Below are positions 38,357 through 48,279 of a stretch of DNA of 64,000 bases, in pieces. Source of the stretch: Candidatus Omnitrophota bacterium (GTDB lineage: Bacteria > Omnitrophota > Gorgyraeia > Duberdicusellales > 4484-171). A model generated the notes under the pieces. The model was given only the letters and a program-made list of their open reading frames with translations, was not told where the DNA came from and searched no databases. Location of the stretch: assembly GCA_041652815.1 (NCBI GenBank), contig JBAZGN010000001.1, positions 381,855 to 445,854 on the forward strand. The letters run 5' to 3'. The stretch's first letter is position 1, and each line of letters starts with the position of its first letter. Made by a program: the position numbers and the translations under genes.

Positions 38357-39085
38357 ATGAAACAGAAGAAAAATTTTTTATTAGAAAGTACTAAAAATAT
38401 TTTAGCAGAAGAACAGAAGAAAACTTTCCTTTTAGATATCGGCTGTGGCGATGGAGATTATTCACAAATGGCTAGCGATTTAGGGTTTCGTACTGTTGCG
38501 GCTGATATAGATGAAAAACGGTTTCGTTATAAAAATAAGATTGAGTTTCGACATTGCGACGTGACTAAAGAAATGCCTTTCCCTGATAAATATTGTGACT
38601 ACGTTCTATTTATGGAAATAGTAGAACACTTACGCAATCCTTATACAGTTATGGCAGAAGTAAATCGTATCCTAAAAGATGAAGGCACTCTGATATTGTC
38701 AACGCCTAATATATTAAATCTTAAATCCAGATTTCGTTTTATTTTTGAAGGCGCTTATGAATATTTTAGAGAGCCACCATTAGACCAGGCCAAAAATCCA
38801 AAGGAAATTATTTTTAATTTACACTTGGTTCCATACCGCTATCATGAGTTAGAATATCTATTATCGGTGGCCGGGTTTAAGGTAGAAAATATTTTTACAA
38901 GTGTATACGAAGGGTTTGGTTACTCGGTTGTATCGCCGCTAATAATGTTTCAAGCTTGGCAAAAAGAACGGCGATCTTTAAAGAAAGGTGGCATAGACTA
39001 TCGAAGAATTAACAAAATCCTTTTCTCAAAAGAATTATTGTTTGGCCGTCATTTGATTATCAAGGCAAAGAAAATTAAACAATGA
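38357..39085 (+). CDS. class I SAM-dependent methyltransferase
   Basis: Motif I LLDIGCGDGDYS. Post-I acidic residue (AADID). Confidence 0.75.
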   Translation: MKQKKNFLLESTKNILAEEQKKTFLLDIGCGDGDYSQMASDLGFRTVAADIDEKRFRYKNKIEFRHCDVTKEMPFPDKYCDYVLFMEIVEHLRNPYTVMAEVNRILKDEGTLILSTPNILNLKSRFRFIFEGAYEYFREPPLDQAKNPKEIIFNLHLVPYRYHELEYLLSVAGFKVENIFTSVYEGFGYSVVSPLIMFQAWQKERRSLKKGGIDYRRINKILFSKELLFGRHLIIKAKKIKQ

Positions 39086-39297
39086 ACCATACAAAATAAT
39101 AAATCAGCCTTTAAAGTTAATAATCCTAAACAATTAGCTTAACATGCCAGTGAAAGACGAAGTTATTTTCGCAATTGTTCCTCTGAGATTGCCCAAAATG
39201 CAGAAAATCGCACTTAAAAAACAGTCATACCAGTTTTTATATTTCCTGCCGCAACTATAAAAAGACCATAGCAACGCCTCAAAAGGGAAGAAGCTCA

Positions 39298-39372
39298 ATC
39301 TTCTAATTTGATAAAAGGCAAAAATAAATTTGACAAATCATCAAATTTATGCTATACCAAAATTGTTAGCGT
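39298..39372 (+). promoter_or_regulatory. second copy of the conserved promoter element; TTGACA (39329-39334), 17 nt, TGcTATACC; upstream of the T2SS cluster with a ~200-nt 5' UTR
   Basis: About 85% identical to 23371-23445. Confidence 0.7.
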
Positions 39373-39577
39373 TTTCAATGATTGTTATGGGTCCCCGGAA
39401 TTGATAACAAGCTCTTGCCGAGTATCATTTTGCGGATAATGAGGAAGCCACGGAATCCGGGATAAAAGGGCAAAGAGTAATTTCGGGGACACATTAACCA
39501 ATTACCAAGGTATTTATACTGTTTCCCTTCCTGGGCGGTGAAAAGAGGAAATAGCAAGTTCAAACGTTTAGATTAAT

Positions 39578-41287
39578 ATGCCAGTAAAAGACGAAGTTCT
39601 TGTCGGAAAAGTTCTTATCGAGAAAGGTATAATTTCGCTTGAACAGCTTGAGATGGGCCTTGCAGAGCAGAAAAAGTGTGGGGGACTTATCTGCGCAATC
39701 TTGGTAAAGTTAGGTTTTGCTTCGCAGGAGAAAATTTTTGAAATATTAGCCGAACAATTAGGTGTAGCTTATATTGAATTAAAAGATAAACATATAGACC
39801 CCCTTGTTATAGGTAAAGTGCCTGCCAAATTCGCAAGCCACTATAAAATAATTCCCATAGAATTTGAAAATCAGACTATCACCATAGCCATGGCCAACCC
39901 TTTGGATATACGTACCATAGATGACATAAGGCTTTTGGTTGGGCTTGAAGTAAAAGCTGCGCTTTCCAGCGAGCCGGAAATAGAAGAAGCTATAAGGAAA
40001 TATTATGGTGTAGGCGCAGATACTTTGGAAAAAATTATTGCCGAGAAGCCGTCAGGTAGAATTATCGAGGAAAAAGCGGGAATAGAAGATGTTGCAGCTT
40101 TTGCACAAGATGCGTCCATAGTTAAATTTGTAAACCAGATACTTTCAGAAGCTGTTAAAGACAGAGCTACTGACATACATATCGAACCATTTCAGGATGA
40201 ATTACGCGTGCGTTTTAGAATTGACGGCGTGCTGTATAACATAAATATACCTGAAGCGATAAAACATTTTCATCACGCAATAGTTTCGCGTATCAAAGTT
40301 ATGGCGCAAATGAATATTGCCGAGCGCCGCCTGCCGCAGGATGGCCGTATCAAGATAAAAATCAAAGAGGAAGAGCTGGATTTACGTATATCAACAATAC
40401 CTACAACATTCGGCGAAGCAGTGCACATGAGGATATTGGGTTCAAAGCTCTTTCTTGATTTGGAAAGTCTGGGATTGCTCGATAAAGATTTAAAAATTAT
40501 GGAAGAAATGATAAAGAAGCCGCACGGCATAGTTTTTGTAACCGGTCCTACAGGAAGCGGAAAGTCTACGACTCTGTATGCAGCGTTATCGCACATAAAT
40601 TCTGAAAATGTAAAAATAATTACTATTGAAGACCCCGTAGAGTATCAATTAAAAGGAGTAAACCAAATCCAGATTTTTCCAAAAATAGGGCTTACCTTCG
40701 CAACCGCCCTTAGGCATATGTTGCGGCACGATCCTGATGCAATGATGGTAGGTGAAGTAAGAGATTATGAGACTGCGGAAATTGCAATACGCGCAGCTTT
40801 AACAGGCCATCTTGTATTTTCAACCCTGCATACAAATGATGCAGCAGGAGCAGTGACCAGGTTGTTAGATATGGGTATTGAGCCTTTCCTGGTTTCTTCA
40901 AGCCTTGAATGCCTGATTGCACAAAGACTGGTCAGGGTTATTTGTCCAAGCTGTAAATGTAAGCTTGATGAACATAAAAGAAAAGCGATAACCGGACAAA
41001 TAGGCAACAGCGAAATTATCAAAAAAGATGTGCAATTGTATGAAGGAAAAGGCTGCGCCGAGTGCAGGTTTACCGGTTATAAAGGCAGGACTGCTATTTA
41101 TGAAATATTAGTCATGACGGAATCAATCCGGGAGATGGTTTTAAAAAGAGGATCAGCTCAGGCAATAAAACAAAAAGCAATATCTTGCGGTATGCATACG
41201 CTTCGTCAGGATGGATTAAGAAAGGTTTGGCAGGGTGTTACTACCTTTGCTGAGGTTTTTAGGGTAACGCAGAAGGACGGCGCATAG
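39578..41287 (+). CDS. gspE: type II secretion / type IV pilus assembly ATPase GspE/PilB
   Basis: N-terminal GSPII_E_N-like domain. Walker A GPTGSGKST. Asp box, His box and a C-terminal tetracysteine motif (CPSCKC...CAEC). Confidence 0.9.
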   Translation: MPVKDEVLVGKVLIEKGIISLEQLEMGLAEQKKCGGLICAILVKLGFASQEKIFEILAEQLGVAYIELKDKHIDPLVIGKVPAKFASHYKIIPIEFENQTITIAMANPLDIRTIDDIRLLVGLEVKAALSSEPEIEEAIRKYYGVGADTLEKIIAEKPSGRIIEEKAGIEDVAAFAQDASIVKFVNQILSEAVKDRATDIHIEPFQDELRVRFRIDGVLYNINIPEAIKHFHHAIVSRIKVMAQMNIAERRLPQDGRIKIKIKEEELDLRISTIPTTFGEAVHMRILGSKLFLDLESLGLLDKDLKIMEEMIKKPHGIVFVTGPTGSGKSTTLYAALSHINSENVKIITIEDPVEYQLKGVNQIQIFPKIGLTFATALRHMLRHDPDAMMVGEVRDYETAEIAIRAALTGHLVFSTLHTNDAAGAVTRLLDMGIEPFLVSSSLECLIAQRLVRVICPSCKCKLDEHKRKAITGQIGNSEIIKKDVQLYEGKGCAECRFTGYKGRTAIYEILVMTESIREMVLKRGSAQAIKQKAISCGMHTLRQDGLRKVWQGVTTFAEVFRVTQKDGA

Positions 41288-41349
41288 CGCATGGCACAAA
41301 GCGCATAGCGTAAAAAATGATTCTTATGCTATGCGCTATGCGAATAAAT

Positions 41350-42555
41350 ATGCCTAAATACATCTACACTGCAAAGTCAAATCCGGGAGAATTAATGCAG
41401 TCGGTTATAGATGTTGAATCAGAGCAAGCAGCTATAAATAAGCTGCTTGAAATGGGCTATTTTCCCGTATCTGTCAAACCGGAAAATAGTTATCTGGATA
41501 AACAAAAGAGTTATTTTAAAAAAGTTTCAAGAAAGGATTTGGTTATTTTTACCCGCCAGCTCTCAAGCCTTATAGAATCAGGAGTAAATATTCTTGATAG
41601 TTTAAATATAGTAACCAATCAGACTTCGAATAAATATTTTAAAGCTGTCCTTACGGATGTAAGCGTCAAAATAAAAGACGGAAAATCTCTTTCCGAAAGT
41701 CTTAATCTTTACGACAATATTTTCTCAAATCTCTATACTTCAATCATCCATTCAGGTGAAGCCAGCGGAAATTTAGAAAAAGTCATAAAAAGCCTTGCGG
41801 AATTTTTCGAAAAGGACGAAGAATTTAGAGCGTCACTTCGCGCAAGCCTTACTTACCCTCTTTTTATTGCTGTTGTGGGCGTTTTAACTGTGTCAGTCTT
41901 AATGGGCTTTGTTATTCCTAAGCTGGTTACTATGTTTGAAGATTTGGGGCAAGCCTTGCCTATACCTACAAAAATCCTCATAAATGTTTCAGTATTTTTC
42001 ACTCATTACTGGTGGATAATTTTTGCCGTAATTTTTTTGGTTATATTTTCCCTGCAGCGTGCGGTTAAAACTAACCAGGGAAAGCTTTTTATCGATAGAT
42101 TTAAATTGAAAATTCCAATGGCCGGAGAAATTGTCTTAAAAAGCGAAATCGCAAGGCTGTCGCGCACGCTTTCCCTTCTTATTTCAAGCGGCTTGGCTGT
42201 TGTTTCAGCTTTAAACGTTACAATTGCCATTATAGGGAATCAAATCTTAAAAAACGAACTCGAAAAGTTTAAAAAACAGATAACTGACGGTTTAAGCTTT
42301 TCAAAATGCTTAAACGGTTCAAAACTTTTTCCTTCTTTTGTAACGAACATAGTAGCGGTAGGTGAAGAAGGAGGAAGTTTGGAAAAATCCCTTATGCGTG
42401 TTGCCGATGAATACGAAAGAGATGTTGACCGGTCGCTTAAGGCTATAAGCAGGCTGATTGAGCCGGTTATTATTTTAGTTATGGGTGTAGTCGTAGGTTT
42501 TATTGTCCTGGCTATGTTGCTGCCGATATTCCAGATTAATCTGACAGCGAGGTAA
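41350..42555 (+). CDS. gspF: type II secretion inner-membrane platform protein GspF/PilC
   Basis: Duplicated GspF domain architecture with three TM helices. Start chosen at MPKYIY. Confidence 0.85.
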   Translation: MPKYIYTAKSNPGELMQSVIDVESEQAAINKLLEMGYFPVSVKPENSYLDKQKSYFKKVSRKDLVIFTRQLSSLIESGVNILDSLNIVTNQTSNKYFKAVLTDVSVKIKDGKSLSESLNLYDNIFSNLYTSIIHSGEASGNLEKVIKSLAEFFEKDEEFRASLRASLTYPLFIAVVGVLTVSVLMGFVIPKLVTMFEDLGQALPIPTKILINVSVFFTHYWWIIFAVIFLVIFSLQRAVKTNQGKLFIDRFKLKIPMAGEIVLKSEIARLSRTLSLLISSGLAVVSALNVTIAIIGNQILKNELEKFKKQITDGLSFSKCLNGSKLFPSFVTNIVAVGEEGGSLEKSLMRVADEYERDVDRSLKAISRLIEPVIILVMGVVVGFIVLAMLLPIFQINLTAR

Positions 42556-42639
42556 AAACCTTAAAAAGCCCGGTGAATGTTTTGAATATTATATTATTTG
42601 TTTATTAACAAATTTTACTCTCTACTTGGATAGCGATAG

Positions 42640-42735
42640 CAGAAACACAGATGATCACAGATGGCAAATCGCAGATGATCGCAGATGAATTTATCTGTGA
42701 TCATCTGCTTACGAATCTGTGATTATCTGCGTAAC
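42640..42735 (+). repeat. word-based hairpin repeat of the cacagatgatc family, between gspF and gspG
   Basis: cacagatgatcacagat...atctgtgatcatctg is a perfect inverted repeat. Related copies lie at 47425-47510 and 53028-53125. Confidence 0.7.
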
Positions 42736-42750
42736 AAAAAAAGGAGTCTT

Positions 42751-43179
42751 ATGAGAAGGTATAAATTTTCGCAAAGCCGCTTAAAATTTCTTAATCGTAG
42801 CCGTACCCGTGGGTTTACATTAATAGAGCTGATGCTTGTTGTGATCATAATCGGTGTGCTTGCGGCAATGGTAATGCCGCGGCTTGTAGGCCGTTCAGAG
42901 CAGGCAAGAATTGTCGCTGCCAAAGCAGATGTAGACGCTAACCTGGCAACTGTTTTAGATTTATATGAAATGGATATCGGCCATTACCCAAATACTTTAA
43001 GCGAACTAAAAACTGACCCGGGCGCAACCGGCTGGAAAGGGCCTTATTTAAAAAAAGAAGCCAAAGACCCTTGGGGAAGAGAGTATGAGTATAGCCTTGA
43101 AGCTACTGAAGATAAAGATTATAAGCTCTGCAGTAAAGGCCCGGATGAGGTGAAGACCGAAGATGATATTTGTAATTAA
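42751..43179 (+). CDS. gspG: major pseudopilin GspG
   Basis: Prepilin processing site and N-terminal helix GFTLIELMLVVIIIGVLAA. GspG-type globular domain (YPNTL...GPYL...DPWG..Y). aaggag RBS. Confidence 0.85.
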   Translation: MRRYKFSQSRLKFLNRSRTRGFTLIELMLVVIIIGVLAAMVMPRLVGRSEQARIVAAKADVDANLATVLDLYEMDIGHYPNTLSELKTDPGATGWKGPYLKKEAKDPWGREYEYSLEATEDKDYKLCSKGPDEVKTEDDICN

Positions 43180-43366
43180 CAGAGAACAGATAACAGAGGA
43201 CAGAGAACATAAAGAAGTTAAACAGTTGCGATTACGCCGCTCGTATCGGTTGCGTTAAGTGTAAGTCGTCATTAAGACGCAACCGATAAACGAGAAACGA
43301 AACGAGCTCGCCCGCCTGTGGCGGGCAGGCAACCGATAGACGTAAAACGTAACCGCAGTATATTTT

Positions 43367-43858
43367 ATGCAAAGCATACAAAAAATTAACTATAGTAGAT
43401 GCAAGGGGTTTACGTTCATAGAATTGCTTATTGTCATCGTAATCATCGGTATATTGTCCGGTGCAGTTATGCCCAACTTGAAAATTGCCTACAGCAATTT
43501 TCAGCTGGATAGTTTTGCTAAAGATATTTACTATCTTGCAAAGTATTTGCAGATAAGCGCAATATGCTATCGCCGGATATATCGCCTGGATATCGTGCAA
43601 GAGCAGGGTGATAATACGGTCTTTTTAGTCAAATATAAAAACAAAAACGGAGAATTCGTGCCTGTAGAAAAAAGATTTGCCAAGGCATATAAACTGCCGT
43701 TGGATGCAGAAGTTTATTCTGAACCGGCAGATAGGACGAATATATTTTTTTATCCAGATGCAAGTTTAGACAATACAACAATAGTTTTTAAAAATCAATT
43801 CGGCAAAGAAATGACGTTAATATTTAAAGGAACAGGTACGGCAATACAGATAAAGTGA
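43367..43858 (+). CDS. minor pseudopilin (GspH-like)
   Basis: Prepilin N-terminus KGFTFIELLIVIVIIGILSG. Confidence 0.65.
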   Translation: MQSIQKINYSRCKGFTFIELLIVIVIIGILSGAVMPNLKIAYSNFQLDSFAKDIYYLAKYLQISAICYRRIYRLDIVQEQGDNTVFLVKYKNKNGEFVPVEKRFAKAYKLPLDAEVYSEPADRTNIFFYPDASLDNTTIVFKNQFGKEMTLIFKGTGTAIQIK

Positions 43859-43955
43859 GGAAAGATGATAATCCGTACCACGTATCAGGTAACAGGTATC
43901 GCGTCTCTAAAAACGTGTTACATGTTACGTACGACGCGATACATATTGGCTAGAT

Positions 43956-44333
43956 ATGAAAAAAAATAAAGCTATCTCGTTGATTGAAGTGCTGGTTACG
44001 GTTGCAATTCTCACAGGAGGAATTGTTTTTGTCTTCCGTGGCTTTATGACTTCACTTTCTGCGGCAAATTTAAGCCAGAATATTATGCTGGCTTCTTTTT
44101 TAGTAGAAGATAAGTTTTGGCAAATAGAAGAAATGCAAAAACAAAAAATACTTCCGGAAAATTCAGGCCTTGAAACAATAAAGGTGCAAAATAGAGAATT
44201 TAATGTCAAATACGAAATTTCACGAACAGGCATAGAAGGCCTCAGCAAATTAAATGTTTCTGTTTCCTGGCCGAAAGATAGAAAGAATTCTCATAGCGTT
44301 GATTTTGTAACTTATCTTACGCCAGAAGGCTGA
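43956..44333 (+). CDS. minor pseudopilin (GspI-like)
   Basis: Prepilin-like N-terminus AISLIEVLVTVAIL. Size typical of GspI. Confidence 0.6.
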   Translation: MKKNKAISLIEVLVTVAILTGGIVFVFRGFMTSLSAANLSQNIMLASFLVEDKFWQIEEMQKQKILPENSGLETIKVQNREFNVKYEISRTGIEGLSKLNVSVSWPKDRKNSHSVDFVTYLTPEG

Positions 44334-44339
44334 TTATCA

Positions 44340-44981
44340 ATGAGCACTATAAACAAGAAAAGTTTTACCCTTATTGAGCTTCTAATTGCAGTTACGATTA
44401 TTACGCTGGTTATCTTAAGCGTATACTCTGCATTTAATACCGGAATCCTGGCTTATAAAAAAATAGATTCTGTTTTTGATACTTATCAAGAAGCGCGCAT
44501 AATCTTAAACCGGATTGAGGCAGATTTAAGAAACTCTTTTGCTTACTCGGAAGAATCAAGTTTTTTTAAGGGCAGTTCGTCGACTTTGGATTTTTTTAAT
44601 ATATCGGAAATTTACGATAAAGATAAGCAGTATAGCGATTTATGCCGGATAAAATATTATCTGGAGGGCAGTACGCTTAAGCGTAGAACATATAACGGAT
44701 TAGCCGCGATGACCGATGACGAAAATATAGAAGCGCAGGATTTTTCAAGTAGCGTTAAGAATATAGATTTCGAATATGCATACCTGAGCGATGACGACCG
44801 AGCAAATATTGTATGGCAGAATGTCTGGCCTCAAAAAGATGAACAAGCCCAAGGCCTACCGCTTGCGGTTAAGATTAAATTGTTGCTGATAGATAGAGGG
44901 GCAAAGCAGCAAGGATTGTTGGAGTTTACAAAAACAATAGCTTTAGCGCAAGGGAATGTGTTTGCCGCCGAAGAAAAATAG
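44340..44981 (+). CDS. minor pseudopilin (GspJ-like)
   Basis: Prepilin N-terminus KSFTLIELLIAVTIITLV. Confidence 0.6.
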   Translation: MSTINKKSFTLIELLIAVTIITLVILSVYSAFNTGILAYKKIDSVFDTYQEARIILNRIEADLRNSFAYSEESSFFKGSSSTLDFFNISEIYDKDKQYSDLCRIKYYLEGSTLKRRTYNGLAAMTDDENIEAQDFSSSVKNIDFEYAYLSDDDRANIVWQNVWPQKDEQAQGLPLAVKIKLLLIDRGAKQQGLLEFTKTIALAQGNVFAAEEK

Positions 44982-44986
44982 GATTT

Positions 44987-45940
44987 ATGCGTAAGAAAGG
45001 TTCAATTTTGCTGGTAAGCTCATGGATTTTGGCAATACTTGTCATATTCGCATTAAGCTTAGGTTTTCGTGCCCAAATAGTGTTAAGGCTTTCGCGATAT
45101 CAAAAAGACGGTCTTGAGGCTTCCTGCCTTACAAATGCCGGCATAAATCGTGCATTGCATGAGCTTACGGGAGATACAAATGATTATGATGCACTTTCCG
45201 AGAGCTGGTCTGATAATGAACAAATATTTGGCAAAATTTCTCCAAATGAAGACAAAAAAGAATTCTGCACAATAGGTTATACGAATACTGAAGGCAAAGA
45301 GGTATTCGGTGTAATGGATGAGCAAAGCAAAATCGACATAAATAATTCCGGTATCAGAGTGGTAGAGGAATTGTTTAATTCAAAGGGATTTGATACGGAT
45401 GCAAAAGATTTTTCTAAATTATTTAGAGAGTGGATTAGTTCAAATGTAGAATCCGGCGAGGAGAAAAAAATATTTAAAAACGCGCCTTTGTCGGCCAAAG
45501 AAGAGCTTCTCCTGGTATTAGAGTATTTTTATAAAGACAGGCAAAAAGCCCATGAAGTATACGATACCATAGAAGATTTAATAACTGTTTATAGCGATGG
45601 AAAATTAAATATCAATACGGCACAAGAAGAAGCCTTACTTATTCTTGCAAAGGCTAATGCAGAAACCGGGGAAGAAAAATTAACGGCCGAGCGCCTTACC
45701 GAAAAGATTATAAAATTGCGCGAAGAAAAAAGCTTTTTTAAAGACATAATTAGCATTAGCTTCGATGCTGGTTTTGATACTAATGAGCTTTCTCTTTGGA
45801 ATAAAATAAGTGCGTTTTTGGATGTAAAATCCGATTATTTTAGAATTAACGCACAGGCAGTTACAAAAGATACCTTAAAGCAGGTAAGCACTGTTTTTAA
45901 TCGTGACGCAAAAAAAATTATATATTGGCACCAGAATTGA
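44987..45940 (+). CDS. minor pseudopilin GspK-like protein
   Basis: N-terminal TM helix without the conserved Glu5. Size and position match GspK. Confidence 0.55.
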   Translation: MRKKGSILLVSSWILAILVIFALSLGFRAQIVLRLSRYQKDGLEASCLTNAGINRALHELTGDTNDYDALSESWSDNEQIFGKISPNEDKKEFCTIGYTNTEGKEVFGVMDEQSKIDINNSGIRVVEELFNSKGFDTDAKDFSKLFREWISSNVESGEEKKIFKNAPLSAKEELLLVLEYFYKDRQKAHEVYDTIEDLITVYSDGKLNINTAQEEALLILAKANAETGEEKLTAERLTEKIIKLREEKSFFKDIISISFDAGFDTNELSLWNKISAFLDVKSDYFRINAQAVTKDTLKQVSTVFNRDAKKIIYWHQN

Positions 45941-45990
45941 GTTGGCACAAATTTCCACGAATTAGGGACGAATTACCACGAATAAAAATT

Positions 45991-47427
45991 ATGGCAAAGC
46001 AAATTAGACAAAAGAAAAGCAAAAAAGACATTTTTATAATCCAGGTTACCGAAGATTATTTAAAGATTATCAAAAGCCGGCAAGGGCCTTTGAATAAAAG
46101 GGAATTTATCGATTTTGAATTTGTGCGGCTTGCGGATGGAATTAATGATAAGGAATTGGCTGAAAAAACAAAATCGCTTCTTAAAAAATTAAATTATAAC
46201 AACAATCAAGTAATACTTTCTTTACCCAGGCACCAGGCAACCTGCAGATATATAAAAGTGCCTGCTAAATTTCCAGCGGAAATAGACAAAATAATACCTT
46301 TTCAGGCTTCTAAATATCTTCCATATCCGATCCAGGAATTAATTACCGGTTATCAGATTATTTCAACCGACAAGGAGGGGTATTCCTACATTAATTTAAA
46401 TATTGTTCATAAAGATATTGTTTTGGGTTATCTTTCATTCTTGAATCCGTTGGGGATAAAAAATTTTTCTATTATTCTAAGCTCGTATGGGCTGTGTAAC
46501 CTGTACAGTGAAATAGCCCCGCTTTCAAACGTAAGTATGGTTGTCGACATAGATGATAACTACGTAGAGTTAATTGTGGTATCGCAGAAGAAACTTTCCT
46601 TCAGCCGGTCCCTTAAGATATCCCAACAACAGAATCTAGAAAATATATTGTCCGAAGAAATAAAAAAGACAAACAACGCTTATGTAAAAGAAACAGGCCA
46701 AGCGTCCGCACCAGGCGCGATTATATTTACAAGCAAAAATATTTCCGCGCAGGATTTATCCGTAAAAATATCTATGCCTGTGGAAGTATCTGATTATTGC
46801 AGCAAAGTCTGTCCACAGTCTGCGCAAGCAGTATGCGAAAAAATAAAAGCAACAGGCTTGTCAGTTGCAGGCCTGATAGGCCTTGGCTTGAAAGAAATAA
46901 GCGCCGAATTAAATATCCTTCCCGAAAATATAAAACAACTGCGCATACGCGCATTCAAGAAAAAAGAATTAATAAAATCAGCGGTTACCATATTACTCAC
47001 CGCCCTAATGTTTACATTTGCCGTAATGAAAGATTTGGACAACAAAAGGCATTACAGGGATAAGCTCAAAATAGAATTGGATAAAATATCGAAAGAAGCA
47101 AAAACCCTCGAGGAGATAGAGAGGCGTTTTGTTCTTCTTGAATCTGAGGCAAAATACAGGCTTATGGCTTTGGAAGTGCTTTATGAACTGCATAAAATAA
47201 TGCCCAAAGATATTCATCTTAGCAGTTTTATCTACGAAGATGATAAACAGATTGCTTTGCGGGGGCAGACTCCTGAGCTGAATTATGTGCTTGAGTTGGT
47301 TTCCGGAATCGAAAAATCCAAAGCCTTCAGTAATTTTACATGTAAGTTGCGCTATGCTACAAAAAAGAAAACACAAATGGGTGAGATTATTGACTTTGAG
47401 ACGATTTGTTTAAAAAAACACAGATGA
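45991..47427 (+). CDS. GspL/PilM-PilN-like bitopic assembly protein
   Basis: Cytoplasmic actin-like domain, one central TM helix (ILLTALMFTFAV), and a periplasmic coiled-coil/ferredoxin-like region. The position after gspK is canonical for gspL. Confidence 0.55.
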   Translation: MAKQIRQKKSKKDIFIIQVTEDYLKIIKSRQGPLNKREFIDFEFVRLADGINDKELAEKTKSLLKKLNYNNNQVILSLPRHQATCRYIKVPAKFPAEIDKIIPFQASKYLPYPIQELITGYQIISTDKEGYSYINLNIVHKDIVLGYLSFLNPLGIKNFSIILSSYGLCNLYSEIAPLSNVSMVVDIDDNYVELIVVSQKKLSFSRSLKISQQQNLENILSEEIKKTNNAYVKETGQASAPGAIIFTSKNISAQDLSVKISMPVEVSDYCSKVCPQSAQAVCEKIKATGLSVAGLIGLGLKEISAELNILPENIKQLRIRAFKKKELIKSAVTILLTALMFTFAVMKDLDNKRHYRDKLKIELDKISKEAKTLEEIERRFVLLESEAKYRLMALEVLYELHKIMPKDIHLSSFIYEDDKQIALRGQTPELNYVLELVSGIEKSKAFSNFTCKLRYATKKKTQMGEIIDFETICLKKHR

Positions 47428-47519
47428 TCACAGATAATAAATCACAGATGACCACAGATAAAATCATCTGTGATCATCCGCTTACAAATCTGTGCTGATC
47501 TGTGTGGAGCGAAGCGACT

Positions 47520-48041
47520 ATGCACAACGTACTGAAAAAACGAGAAAAAATAATCTTGTACGTAACGATAGGAATAATATTTTTCAGCATAGCCTTTAAT
47601 TTTTTAATTGCTCCTGTTTTGGATAAATACGATACGCTTAATAAAGAAGTAAATTTAAACAAAACCAAACTAAAAAAATACTTAAAGCTTTTAGGCCAGA
47701 AAACCGAAATACAAAACGAATATAACAAATTTTCTTCAAGCCTTGCGCTTCCTGTGGACACAAAAGATACCTTAGTAGTTGCTATGACTACTCTTGAGAA
47801 TCTTGCAAAAGGGGCAAGCGTTAGGATCGTTGACATAAGGCCGCAGGCATCCCCCAAAGACGATAAAATTATTATAGAGCTGCGCATGGAAGGCTCAATT
47901 GAGGGGTATAGCAAATTTATCTATGATGTTGAGACTTCTTTGCTTTTACTAAAAGTAAAACGTTTCCAGCTTGCGGCAAAATCAAATATGATAGGCCTAG
48001 AAGGGGTATTTACGATTATTCAGCCGGTTGTTTTAAAATAG
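47520..48041 (+). CDS. GspM/PilO-like protein
   Basis: N-terminal TM helix, a coiled-coil, then a C-terminal domain. Position matches gspM. Confidence 0.5.
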   Translation: MHNVLKKREKIILYVTIGIIFFSIAFNFLIAPVLDKYDTLNKEVNLNKTKLKKYLKLLGQKTEIQNEYNKFSSSLALPVDTKDTLVVAMTTLENLAKGASVRIVDIRPQASPKDDKIIIELRMEGSIEGYSKFIYDVETSLLLLKVKRFQLAAKSNMIGLEGVFTIIQPVVLK

Positions 48042-48048
48042 GTTACAT

Positions 48049-48279
48049 ATGGAAAAAATGAATCAAATTTATCTTATAAAAGATTTAGCAAGAATAACGG
48101 GTTACTCAATACATACGCTTAAATACTATCTTAAAATAGCTCTTATCAAAGAGATAAGCAGGAGCCCTGAAACGCGTTTCAGGTATTTTGACGATTCTAC
48201 CGTGCAAATGCTCAAAAAAATCAGAAGCCTGCGTAGGGCAGGAAAATCCATAAAGGAAATAAAAAATGAGCTACTTTAA
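48049..48279 (+). CDS. small MerR-family HTH protein lacking an effector domain
   Basis: IKDLARITGYSIHTLKYY is a MerR-type helix-turn-helix. Translationally coupled to the exeA-like gene by an ATGA overlap. Confidence 0.55.
   Translation: MEKMNQIYLIKDLARITGYSIHTLKYYLKIALIKEISRSPETRFRYFDDSTVQMLKKIRSLRRAGKSIKEIKNELL

Noticed and set aside
45925-45990. Upstream extension of the gspL-like ORF overlapping the gspK end
   Set aside because: It is encoded by the cacgaat hairpin repeat. The start at 45991 (MAKQIRQKK) follows the repeat and is more plausible, though a 16-nt overlap-coupled start cannot be excluded.
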